Below are positions 26,864 to 40,429 of a stretch of 64,000 nt of DNA, piece by piece (the first letter of the stretch is position 1; the number at the start of each line of letters is the position of its first letter). The notes under the pieces were generated by a model that saw only the letters and a program-made list of their open reading frames with translations, searched no databases and was not told the origin of the DNA. Location: assembly GCA_951406725.2 (NCBI GenBank), contig OX597824.1:27280001-27344000 (forward strand). The letters are read 5' to 3'. The position numbers and the translations under genes were made by a program. Source of the DNA: Octopus vulgaris. Taxonomy: Eukaryota.

Positions 26864-27146
26864 TGTTTAATGAACACAATATATATTTTTATGTGTTACG
26901 ATTAGTTTCCTATGCCGAGAGTATGTCAGACAGTATTTTTACGCGTCTTGTGTCCTAGCACAGTCTTCAGACGTGTTAAAAAATACTATCTGGCATTCTC
27001 TCAGCATATGTAACTAATAGTAACACATAAAAAACATATTAAATAATATTTATCTCTCACCAGATGGAGAACTTTTTTGTAGATCTTGCCATCACCGAAG
27101 AGTACACTCGCTTCCTCTCTTTTTTTTTCTCTCTCTCTCTCTCTCA

Positions 27147-28080
27147 CTCTGACTTTCAATGTTATATCTCCGAACGTGATGGTCTCAACCATCTTTTCAA
27201 TATCTTCTACAAATTGTACCACCATATCAAGGCATTAGCTTTGACAGTTCCTATGGGGTGTTCTGGTGGCCTGGAAGACCACCACCTCCTCCTCCATACC
27301 TAGCAGTATGGCAGCTACCAGCCAGACTACATCCACTTCTGGGGGTATTTCCACTAGCTTAACCATAGAAGCACGTCTCCCAAGGTATATAGGTAGAAGA
27401 ACGACTTCATCAGTTCATAGTGGTGTTACCGTTAGATTTTGGGGGCGCTAAATTGCTCAACTGTATGCCTCTGTCCAATGCAACAAATAGTTACCTGATT
27501 GACTGAGAGGTTAAAGTTTAAGTCCCAGTCAACCAAAACATGATTAATAAATTTGACCCCACGAATTATATATATAGACTACCATCATGAGTGAATGTTT
27601 TGTAGCTACCTGCCGGTACGGTACTTCCACCGTTCCAAACTTTTTTATTCTGGCAAGTTAGGAAATCCCGTGCCAGAGTTGTCTAAGAGCTTTTTCTACT
27701 TGCGCCATCGACATGGCTTCAATTTTCTTTGCTGCCACAGAATACGTCCTGTAAATTATTGTTGCTTCTTGTTTCTCCTTTAAAACTTCTTGAGGCGGGT
27801 GGGGAACATACTTTCACTTCATCCCCCCCCCCCATTTTAAGCATTTAAAAAGATTTACTTAATTCTTCCAAACCTATGTCTTCACTCTTTTCTTCTTCTG
27901 CTGCTGCAGCATAATTTTTTGCTTCTATTATCTCGTCAATTCTTTTTAAACACTCCTCCTCAGACGACACAAAGGCCGAAGAAGGGTAGTTTACAAAGCC
28001 TGAACAATTCAGGTTTTCACAGCTTCTCACCCGACGCCTCCCCCATTAAAAAAGAGGAAAAATGTCGCACCGCCAAGACA
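27147..28080 (-). mobile_element. Decayed L1/Tx1-like LINE 5' part (ORF1, gag-like)
   Basis: Stitched minus-strand frames: KNYAAAAEEEKSED.../YVPHPPQEVLKEKQEATIIYRTYSVAAKKIEAMSMAQVEKALRQLWHGIS*LARIKKFGTVEVPY.../TPL*TDEVVLLPIYLGRRASMVKLVEIPPEVDVVWLVAAILL...ETITFGDITLKVRV; the YAAA motif and RRM-like pattern are typical of Tx1 ORF1; ends in (GA)n before a zinc knuckle would appear. Confidence 0.65.
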
Positions 28081-28183
28081 AAACACGTGTGTTATTCACA
28101 TGTATATATATGCATACATACATATATATGCATACACACACATGTATAAAATCAAAATAAGGAACAAGATATTAAGTAATGAT

Positions 28184-28267
28184 GCAGTACGACCGTTTCA
28201 AGCGACCCCATTTAATTGAACAATGCAAACATTACATCAATTTAAATGTAGTGCCATCTTCAGCCGC
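28184..28267 (-). ncRNA. Type I hammerhead ribozyme motif with long stem II
   Basis: GCGG-CUGAAGA-[~57-nt hairpin]-GAAAC-GGUC-GUA-CUGC. Confidence 0.6.
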
Positions 28268-28900
28268 CCAAATAAATAAATAGAATTTTAACACGTAGGA
28301 AACATTAATATAATTTTTCTCAAATATTTTGACAGAGCAAGAACATGGAAGAAATTCATGTTGTCACTACTGTAGCAAAGAATAGACTACACTTCTCAGA
28401 ATCGCAAAGAGCATAGTGGCATAATAGGGTTGTTAGGGATTGTAATTCATTTCTAATTAATTTATTTCTTTATCAACTACTAAATCTAAGACTTGAAGAC
28501 TGTGTATATTTTGAATAAAGGACAAGAGTGAGTTGACAGCTCATGGCTAGATATGGTCATAAAAAATATACATGCATATATCACCTGTGCAAACTGTATC
28601 TACTAAACTACAGAATGTTGTTATACACCGCTGCTCACAATGCGCTTATAATTCCACTATTGCGCTCTTCTTTTCCACTTTGGCCCAAATCGCTTAACTA
28701 CAAGATGCATTCTAGAAGTATTCAGACTCTTGCAGAAGCGATATTTATTAATTTGTCTTCTAGTTTCGGATGCAATCGGCAAAACTTATCAGCTGTGACA
28801 AGTTGTGTGTAATACGGTGTGTTAAAAGTGACGTCCCCTTCAACCCGGAATTTTAAAAAAAGGCGGCAGGTCAATTTATTTGATGTAGTGTAATGATATA
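28268..28900 (-). mobile_element. Probable heavily decayed Penelope-like body upstream of the ribozyme
   Basis: Position immediately 5' of the HHR; only fragmentary endonuclease-like peptides (CTGDICMYI, LCDSEKC, EKLY) across many stops. Confidence 0.3.
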
Positions 28901-29078
28901 CTAAAATTGCTATAAACTAGGACAGTTATAATTGGCACTCCGAAAATAATTCCCAAACTTCTGGAATGGATCACGTAAGTTGTCTGCCACTTTCCCTGGA
29001 GACCTTCAAAGTGACTTTTCAGTTCTCATACCAATCTATCTATCTATCTACCTGTCTGACTATGTATCGATTTATTTG

Positions 29079-29645
<567 letters not shown>

Positions 29646-30353
29646 TTATCTATCTATCTACATGTCAATCTATCTATTATATACTATATTTCATTTAAAC
29701 TATCTTCATTTAAGCTATTTTCATTATGAGAAAGAAGAAATTTTATAACATTCGGAACGAATGAAAAATATTGCTATATACCTCGCGCGTTCATATGTCC
29801 ACAGACAAAACAAACACAAATGCGCTTGAACATAGATAGAAGTACACACACATAAATACATCACACACACACATACACTGCACATACATACACACACACA
29901 CAGCACACACACATACACAACACACCCTCACACAGAGTTGACACAGTCGGCATTCCGCCAAAATGTGACTCTATGATTAAATACACAATGCGATAGTAAT
30001 CAACGTCAAACACAGAATAATTCTCGAATTCCATTGTTAAATCATCTTCTGTTTTTCTTAAACTCATCTACATTTGGCAAACTGTTCAGCAGTTTCTCCT
30101 TCATTTTCTTCATAGTTTAACAGCTTTCTTGCTTCAGTCATTGGACTACGGCCATACGGGGGCACCATCTTGAAATGCTTAAGTCAACAAATCGAACCCA
30201 GTATATAAGCCTGGTACTTCTTTTGTCAGCCTTTATTAACGAACCACTCCTTACCAGTGACGTAAACAAACTATCACCAGTTAATGGTTGACGAACACGC
30301 ACACACACACACACACATAGATATACACATACGTACATATATACAAACGTACA

Positions 30354-30798
30354 GAGCAGCGAGCTGGCCGAATCATTAGCGCACCGGGCGAAATGCTTAG
30401 CGGTATTTCGTCTGCCGTTACGTTCTGAGTTCAAATTCCGCCGAAGTCGGCTTTGCCTTTCATCCTTTCGTGGTCGATTAAATAAGTACCAGTTACGCAT
30501 TTGGGTCGATATAATCAACTTAATCGTTTTATCTGTCCTTGTTTGTCCCCTCTGTGTATAACTCCTTGAGGGTAGTAAAGAAATAAGAATCGTTAGCACG
30601 CCGGGCGAAATGCATAGTTGTATTTCGTCTGCCGCTACGCTTTGAGTTCAAATTCTGCCGAGGTCGACTTTGCCTTTCATCCTTTCGCGGTCGATAAAGT
30701 AAGTACCAGCTACGCACTGGGGTCGATGTAATCAACTTAATCCCTTTCTCTGTCCTTGTTTGTCCCTTCTGTGTGTAGCCCCTTGTGGGCAGTAAAGA
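30354..30798 (+). mobile_element. SINE family B tandem dimer
   Basis: Two bodies, each ending ccttg(a/t)ggg(t/c)agtaaaga. Confidence 0.9.
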
Positions 30799-30799
30799 T

Positions 30800-31547
30800 G
30801 ATGATGGCGGTGGTGATAGTGGTGGTAGTAGTCAATAGTTTGTTGTTTGTGATGAGAAGGTTGTTAGTCCTAATGGACTCATGGATGTTGTTGTTACGAT
30901 GGTAGTTGTGCCTAGTTCGTGTTGTTGTTGTTGGTGGTGATGCCAATGGTAATGTTGGTGTTGGTGTTGTTATTGCTGGTGGTGTAATGTTATCGCTGTT
31001 GGTGTTGCTGTTGTTGTTGTTGGTGGTGATGGTAGTGGCGGTGTTGGCGATTTTACTGGTGGTGTTGATGGTAGAGGAGTTGGTGGGGATGTTGTTGTTA
31101 GTGGCTGTAGTGATGTTGGCGGTGCTGGTAGTGTTGGTGGTGATTCCACTGGTGGTATTGGTGGTGGTGGGAGTGGTGGTGTTGGCGTTGTTGCTTGTGG
31201 TGTTGGTGGCGGCGGCGGTGGTAGTGGTGCTGTTGATGTTGTAGCTGGTGGCGTTGGTGACGGTGTTGGTGGTGGTAATGGCGGTGGTGGTGGTGATGGT
31301 GTTGGTGGTGATGGTAGTGGGGATGGTAGTGGTGGTGTGTGGTGTTAGTGGGGGGGGGGGGCTGCTGCTGTTGTTGCTGGTGTTGGTGGTGTCGATGTTG
31401 GTTGTTCTAGTGCTGTTGATGTTAGTGTGGTTGTTGTTGAATTTGGTGGTTTTAGTGGTGTTGGTGGTGCTGTTGACGTTGATGTCGGTGTTGGCGATGA
31501 CGGCGATGGTAGAATCGAAGACGTTGTTGAAGGTGTTGTGGATGTTG

Positions 31548-31579
<32 letters not shown>

Positions 31580-31730
31580 GGTGCCGGGGTCGGTGGTAGT
31601 GACGGGATTAGTATTCATCGTAAAAGTTAATGGTATTGATATAATTGCAAACAGTCGCCATCGTCGCCGCCGTCGTCGTCGTTGTTGTTATTCTTGTTGA
31701 TCTATTTGTTGTTGTTGTTGTTGTTGTTAT
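30800..31730. repeat. Degenerate (GGT/GTT)n field
   Basis: Source of the poly-Thr/Val ORFs. Confidence 0.9.
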
Positions 31731-32248
31731 TACTAAATCCTTTTTACATTTATTAATAAGTCTTTATCCTTCAGAGACCATCTTTAAGTGTCTGACTTGT
31801 TATATATTTCTGTCCGCTCTTATCCTCTTCCCACTCGTTCTCTCTACCCTCACCCCTCATGCATACATACATACATACATACATACATACATACATACAT
31901 ACATACATACATACATACATACGTACATACATACATACATACGTACATACATACGTACATTCATATATACATACGTACATACATACATACATACATACAT
32001 ACATTACATACATACATAATACATACATACATGCATACATAATATATACATACATAATATATACATACATACATGCATACATACATACGTACATACATAC
32101 AAACAGCCAAACATAAGCACACACACACACATATATGTATCTATACATATAGATAGATATAAATGTGTATAAATGTATTCATATACGAATATATACATAT
32201 ATACATTCACACACATATACATATATACATACACACACACACACATAT

Positions 32249-32315
<67 letters not shown>

Positions 32316-32614
32316 TTATGTATATATATTTCTATGTGTATATATACGTATATACATGCATACATATATATATATATATATGTATAGATATATACATATA
32401 TATGTGTGTGTGTGAGTACATACATAGATATGTATATGTATACACACACACCGCGCGCGCATATATACGTATGTACAAAGACTAACGCATATACACACTG
32501 TGACACTTAATTTTCCCGCCAACTTTGACCTTTTCGTTCGCTCCTTCTTTCTTCGAATCTCTCAGTAGTTAAATCTTCGTATTTATACTCCTATCTTTAT
32601 CACACACACACACA

Positions 32615-32698
<84 letters not shown>

Positions 32699-33113
32699 GG
32701 CTTTTTCTTTCTCGCTTGTCTTTTCATTTAGTGTTCCACGCTTTAAGTCATTGTATAACCGCGTCTTATATTTTGCCGTTTTTCATTTTTTTTCTCCTCT
32801 ATCTCATTCAATTAGCGGTTTATTCACCATCTTCAGCTACATGTATATATATATATGTGTGTGTATATATATATTTATATATATGCGTTTGTATAATTAC
32901 GTATGTGTACACATATGTATATATATGTTTGCATATGTATATTTACAGTTATACATATATAAACACATACATACATATAGATATATAGATATATATAAAT
33001 GCACACACGTACTATACGCATATACAAATTACGATTTTATTGTGAGTGACTTCGAAGTGTCACTGGTGATGTCTAAAATGAAGGTTGGTAGGCTAACAGA
33101 TTATTATGTATAG

Positions 33114-33192
<79 letters not shown>

Positions 33193-33193
<1 letters not shown>

Positions 33194-33355
33194 TCTTTTA
33201 TTCTTTTACTTATTTCAGTTATTTTGAACAAATAGAGACTAAAATTTATTCTTTGTAAGCCTAGTACTTATTCTCTTGGTCTCTTTTACCGAACACACCA
33301 GCATTGGTTCCCAAGCGATGGTAGGGACAAACACAAACGCACAAATAGATATGCG

Positions 33356-33390
<35 letters not shown>

Positions 33391-33708
33391 AATAATAATT
33401 AAGGGTAAAATTAATTAATCAATTAATAATTAATAATTTTACCAAGTAGTTCGGTATGTTAAAAGAACCGTTATCGGTAACCTTATACAAAAATTCCACA
33501 ATTATGAGTATAATTATAATTAGTGTTCAGCAAAAAATTGCTTCACCACATACCGAAATTTAGAAATAGCAGTTAAATACTAGCTTTATTTCTGTCTGGG
33601 AGATATCTTATGGTAGTGGAAAAGTATTTAATTGCTATTTCTAAATTACGGTATGTGGTGAAGCAATTTTTGCTGAACCCTAATAATAATTATGCTTATA
33701 ATTATAGA

Positions 33709-33744
<36 letters not shown>

Positions 33745-33900
33745 GAAGGGCTACTTTAAGTTTCCATCTACCAAATCCATTCACAAGGCTTTGTTCTGCC
33801 TGAGGCTATAGTAGAAGACACTTTCCCAAGATGCCACGCAGTGGGACTGAACCCAGAACCATGTGGTTGCGAAACAAGCTTCTTATCAAAGAGCCACTCT
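33193..33900 (-). mobile_element. SINE family A split by a ~330-bp AT-rich fold-back insert in its internal (TA)n tract
   Basis: 3' half 33193-33345, 5' half 33741-33900, insert ~33385-33712. Confidence 0.75.
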
Positions 33901-34538
33901 TTTACTCGTTACTGTCGGTTTTACTGTGGTCATGCTGGGGCACTGCTTTGAAGAGTTTTTACTCAAATGAATCGGACCCAGAGCTCTTTGTTAAGACCTT
34001 CGTACTAATTCTAATGTTGTCCTCTGCGGAACCGCGAAATTACGAGGACATAAACACACCAACACCGGTTGTCAAGCGGCGATGGGGAGTTAAACATAGA
34101 TACAAATACACACAAAAACGCACTCAGACATAGACACACACACGCACGCACACTCACACACACACACACTCACACATACATATATACCCTTTAGCTCTCT
34201 CCTACTCCTGCCTACATTTACTTACCCTAACCATTCTCTCTCTCTCTCTCTTACGTAAGCACTTACTGTTTCTCCCCTCTCTTTTCCTCTCACAGTTAAG
34301 CCCATCCTTTCTCCTTCACCCCCCTCTCTCTCTAGATATTTGTATCAATTCACTCTTACCATGGCTTTCCCTCCTCCCTCTGTTTTCACTGACTACTTCG
34401 CTTTACAATAATATATTCTCGATTCATTATCTGATGGGCTGCAAGTCAGCGAACTAGCAGAAACGTTAGCACGCCAGGCGAAATGCTTAGCCTAGTGGTT
34501 AGAGCAGCGGACTAGCGGTCGAAGGATCGCGGGTTCGA

Positions 34539-34955
34539 ATATTATTACTTCATATGTTATTTATTCCAATGTTGCATATTCTGCAAATTTGTGTCGGGAG
34601 ATCTGTCTGTTGTGAGTATTCTTTTTCGCTTCTTCGATGAGGTTTCCTGTATTGCTGGAATTTTCTAGTCGTGGGTTTGATTCTAATCCATCCATTCTGA
34701 GGTCGTGTACATCCAAACAAGTATGTTAGAAGTATTGGGGGGTGACGTACAGATTTAATATATATTTGGATGTATGTTGGATGTACACGACCTCAGAATA
34801 GATGGATTAGAATCAAACCCACGACTAGAAAATTCCAGCAATACAGGAAACCTCATCGAAAGAAGCGAAACAGAATACTCACAACAGACAGATCTCCTGA
34901 CATAAATTTGCAGAATATGCAACATTGGAATAAATAACATATGAAGTAATAATAT
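34539..34955. repeat. Long inverted repeat, ~178-bp arms, ~60-nt loop
   Basis: 34539-34716 is the near-perfect reverse complement of 34777-34955 (only a few mismatches). Confidence 0.95.
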
Positions 34956-35065
34956 GTGATATATAAATAAATATATATTTTTACAACCATCCAACATTCT
35001 GAACATCTTTTTTCTTTCATATATATTAAATCTGTACATCACCCCCAACACATATCTATATATAT

Positions 35066-35467
35066 ACTCTTTACTTGTTTTCAGTCATTTGACTGCGGCC
35101 ATGCTGGAGCACCTCCTTTAATCGAGCAACTCGACCCCGGGACTTATTCTTTTGTAAGCCCAGTACTTATTCTATCGGTCTCTTATGCCGAACCGCTAAG
35201 TAACGGGGACATAAACACACCAGCATCGGTTGTCAAACAATGCTAGGGGGACAAACACAGACACACAAACACACACACACATACATATATATACATATAC
35301 ATATATACGACAGGCTTCTTTCAGTTTCCGTCTACCAAATCCACTCACAAGGCATTGGTCGGCCCGGGGCTATAGCAGAAGACACTTGCCCAAGATGCCA
35401 CGCAGTGGGACTGAACCCGGAACCATGTGGTTGGTTAGCAAGCTACTTTCCACACAGCCACTCCTAT
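35066..35467 (-). mobile_element. SINE family A, full length
   Basis: Reverse complement of 8641-9065. Confidence 0.9.
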
Positions 35468-36678
35468 TCTTTTATTCTCTGTACACCAGATCCACGCACT
35501 GGGCCTAGGTGGGCTCGAGAATCTCGTAGAAGACATTTCACAAAGGTGCCACACTGTGGAACTGAACTCGGTACTATGTAGTTGAGAAACAAGCGTCTTA
35601 CTACACGGCCGCGCCTGCACCTACATGTATACATGTATGTATATATGGATGAATACACACTCATATGCACATAAACCAGTTCTCAAGAATTGGTGCGTTG
35701 GCGTGTATGTGTCTCTTATTGTGTATGTACATATGGACACACACACACACACACACAAAGTGTGTGCGTGTGTGTCATTGTTTACGACAATCGTTCACTA
35801 TCATCCTATTTATTCCATTACATACCATTACCGCTTTTTTTCACCCCACCTGCCTCTTTCTCTCTCTCTCTCTCTCTCTCCCTTTCTTTCCCTGCCCTTT
35901 ATTCCTTCTATCATACTCTTTCTCTCCCATCATTCTTGCCACTCCCCACTCACTTCCTTCATCTCCTATAAATCTTCGCACTACATTTCCTTCAACTTTC
36001 CTGATCTACCTCTCTCACTTTGCTGCGCATTCTCCCAAACGCAATTTTTCTCTAATGTTTTTCGCCACCCCTTCTCTCATATTCTCTCTCTGTCTCAATG
36101 TAAACTCCCTTTCTCTCTCTTTCCCGCTTTCCCTGTCTCTCTCCTCTCTTCTCCCTATCTCTCACAGATTCTTTCTCACACAGTCTATCAGTCTCTCGTT
36201 TCCTCACTCTCTCACGGCCTCTCCTCTATCTCTCCTCTAATTCTCCCTACATTTCTCTGTCTTCCTCTCTCTTTCCCTCTACCATGTCACTCTCTTTCAA
36301 CTGTCTCTTACAGATACTCTCCCACACAATCTGACGGTCTCTCTCTTCCTCACTCTCTCACTGCCTCTCTCTCCCCCCTCTCTCTCTTTCTCACAGCCTC
36401 TTTCCCACTCACTCACACACTCACAGTCTCTCGCTTTCTCTCTTTAGCTCTCTCTCGCCTCACTCTTCACATAATGCAACGCTTTAAGCCCTGACTACAT
36501 TAGTTAATTACATCAAATGTAAAAGCCTCACTCTCCACCTCCACTGTCCCAAACTCCTTCCTCACTTTACTCGCCATCTTTTCTAAACTCAAGTGGACTT
36601 CATTGATTTTAAGTAAATTTCTTCCGTCGTAAATTTGGCGATTCAGTTTTGGTCTTGATGTATGCAAGTGTCAATGTG

Positions 36679-36755
<77 letters not shown>

Positions 36756-36876
36756 GTCCGTCCGTCCGTCTGTCTGTCTCTCTGCCTTTCTGTCTGTCTG
36801 TTTATGTATGTATGTATGTATGTATGTATGTATGTATGTATGTATGTATGTATCTGTCTATCTGTCTGTCTCTCTG

Positions 36877-36962
<86 letters not shown>

Positions 36963-37056
36963 CATCCGTCCGTCTGTCTGTCTCTCTGCCTTTCTGTCTG
37001 TCTGTTTATGTATGTATGTATGTATGTATGTATGTATCTGTCTATCTGTCTGTCTC

Positions 37057-37117
<61 letters not shown>

Positions 37118-37125
37118 ATATATAT

Positions 37126-37183
<58 letters not shown>

Positions 37184-37669
37184 CTTTTTCGATTATCTTT
37201 TATTCATATATATAATATTTATGGAAAATTGACAGAATTGTTAAGAGAGCAGGACAAAATGCCTTGCGGTGTTTACTTAATTTCGGCTGTTTACGGCTCG
37301 AATTAAAATCCCGCCAAGGTCAATTTTGTCCTTTATCATTCTGGAACCGATAACATAATGTAGCAGTAATGTAAGCGTTCGCTATAGTCGATTATACTCG
37401 AAAAGGTGGAAATGAATTCCAAAAATAGAAGAAATTAATAAGCACAGATACTATAAAAAAAAAACAGTTTGATCTTCGGTATACGCAGCCAAATGGTCCA
37501 TTCTCTACTTAAGTCATTTTAACGTATTTATAACTTCTATAGTTATAGGGTAGTTTCTATGTGGTCAGTCTGACCTGCTAGAAATAAGAGTCATCTTTTT
37601 TTAATGAAACCTGCTAAACTTAAGGGAAAAGAAGGAAGGATGATATTTAATATTTAGTACAGTCCTCTG

Positions 37670-38095
37670 TGCCTGGCCGAGTGGTAAGAAGTTTGCTTCC
37701 CAACCACATTGTTACGGGTTCAGTACCACAGTGTGGCACCTCGGGAAAATGACTTTTACTTTAGCTTTGGGCCTTATGAGTAGATTTGGAAACTGAAAGT
37801 ATCCCATCATAAATACATACATACACACACATACACTCAACACACACACACATATGTATTTGTATGTATGTGTGTGTCTTTGTATCTGTGTTTTCTCCCA
37901 CCACCACTGCTTGACAACTGGTGTTGGTGTGTTCATGTCCCCGTAATGTAGCGGTTCGGCAAAGGGAGACCATATGGAAGAAGTACCTAACTTCAAAATA
38001 AAGATAAGCACTGGTGTCGATTTGCTCGACTAATATTATTCAAGGCGGTGCTCCAGCATGGCCACGGTCACATGACTGAAACAAGTAAAAAGATA
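37670..38095 (+). mobile_element. SINE family A, older copy
   Basis: Colinear but more diverged. Confidence 0.75.
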
Positions 38096-38209
38096 GAAAA
38101 TATGAAGATATGGTCAGTCAGACAAAAGATGAAATTAAACAGCAAAAAGAACAACGATGAGAACTGGGACTGAACCCGGAACCATGTGATTGAGGAAGCA
38201 AGCTTCTTA

Positions 38210-38532
38210 TTTCTTTATTGCCCACAAGGGGCTAAACGCAGACGGGGCAAAGTCGACCTTGGCGGAATTTGAACTCAGAACGTAGCGACAGACGAAATAC
38301 CTATTTCTTTACTACTCACAAGGGGCTAAACACAGAGGAGAGAAACAAGGACAGACAAATGGATTAAGTCGATTATATCGACCCCAGTGCGTAACTGGTA
38401 CTTAATTTATCGACCCCCGAAAGGATGAAAGGCAAAGTCGACCTCGGCGGAATTTGAACTCAGAACGTAACGGCAGACGAAATACGGCTACGCATTTCGC
38501 CCGGCGTGCTAACGCTTCTGCCAGCTCGCCGC
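38210..38532 (-). mobile_element. SINE family B dimer nested in a family A head, with 7-bp TSD
   Basis: cttctta at 38203-38209 and 38533-38539; the family A head continues on both sides. Confidence 0.85.
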
Positions 38533-38974
38533 CTTCTTACCACACAGCCATACCTGAGCCTATTATATATACTGCACTATATTCAGGATGAGAAGAAGAA
38601 GGCTATAGTTTTATGATGTAGCTCAAGCTATGTTACAGATTACCTTCAGCATCTGAGATTCCTCAGTAACAGTGAAGGCCTTCTTGTAGAGCAATCATGC
38701 GGGATAAAGTTCTATTCAGTACAAGTTAAACAAAATTGATTTGCTATGATATTTACTTCATATGAGTTGCGAATACGATTATTCTAGGTTGTCAGACGAG
38801 AAAAGGAAGTGCATTGGAGAAGTATTGACTCTACTAAAGGCCCTCAAGGGTCAGCTGGCTCGCTTTGCAACCAGGTGGTTTCCGGTTTAGTCCCACAGCA
38901 CCTTCTGCAAATAGCTCCGAACGGACTAATGTCTGAGTTGATTAGGCTGAGGGAAACTGATGGAACTCCGCTGA

Positions 38975-39044
<70 letters not shown>

Positions 39045-39322
39045 GAATTTTTTGTGTAATGAGATAAAAAAAACGAAGGCTGTATAGATATTAGATCATT
39101 TATAGAGCCTTGGTTTTTATACAGCATTTATACAGCCTTGGTTTTTTTTTATCTCATTACACAAAAAATTCATATATACACACGCTGACATAGAACGAAC
39201 GTTGAAACATTTATTCGCAATATTACCGAATCTAGAACTTAAGTATGGTCTGTCCATAGCACTTATTCAGCATCATCACCTGACACCTGTAGGTCTTAAT
39301 GACATCATTATCTTAATAATCA

Positions 39323-39425
<103 letters not shown>

Positions 39426-39435
39426 ATTTATTAAA

Positions 39436-39483
<48 letters not shown>

Positions 39484-39712
39484 ATATAAATATATGCATA
39501 TATACATACATATATGTACATACCTACACCTATATGTATATATACATGCATACATGGGTACAGGACATAAAAAAATGTTGAGCACAACGAGAAACGAAAA
39601 CATGGAAACGAACTTTTTTCAAACAACGAAAAAGCAGAGTACAAGACATGCAACACAAGCAATATTCCCCTTCTTCAGTTGTCCCTGTTTCGTCTACTCC
39701 GCGTTTCGATGC

Positions 39713-40104
<392 letters not shown>

Positions 40105-40291
40105 ACATGGTACACGTTTTTAATTTTCAATCCTTTCGAGAATTTATCCATAATTAGTGGTTTGAGGTTTCTACTGCTCTTTCTAGCACAAGGCTTTCCT
40201 ATTTGGACGCCTCTTAGTGTGTTCTAATGTATTGACTATTCTTTTTGTGCTAGGCCACTGGTAATAATAATTTCTATAATTCTTATTACCC

Positions 40292-40349
<58 letters not shown>

Positions 40350-40370
40350 TTGTTGACGTGATAACAATAA

Positions 40371-40429
<59 letters not shown>

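Noticed and set aside
27660-27750. Apparent terminal exon on the minus strand (tttacag acceptor, stop, AATAAA)
   Set aside because: The reading frame extends upstream through the acceptor and downstream past the stop as LINE ORF1-like sequence; better explained as decayed ORF1
39665-39712. Type II hammerhead permutation (GAAA..GUA..CUGAAGA order)
   Set aside because: Stems I and II cannot be paired; kept only as a truncated terminal fragment
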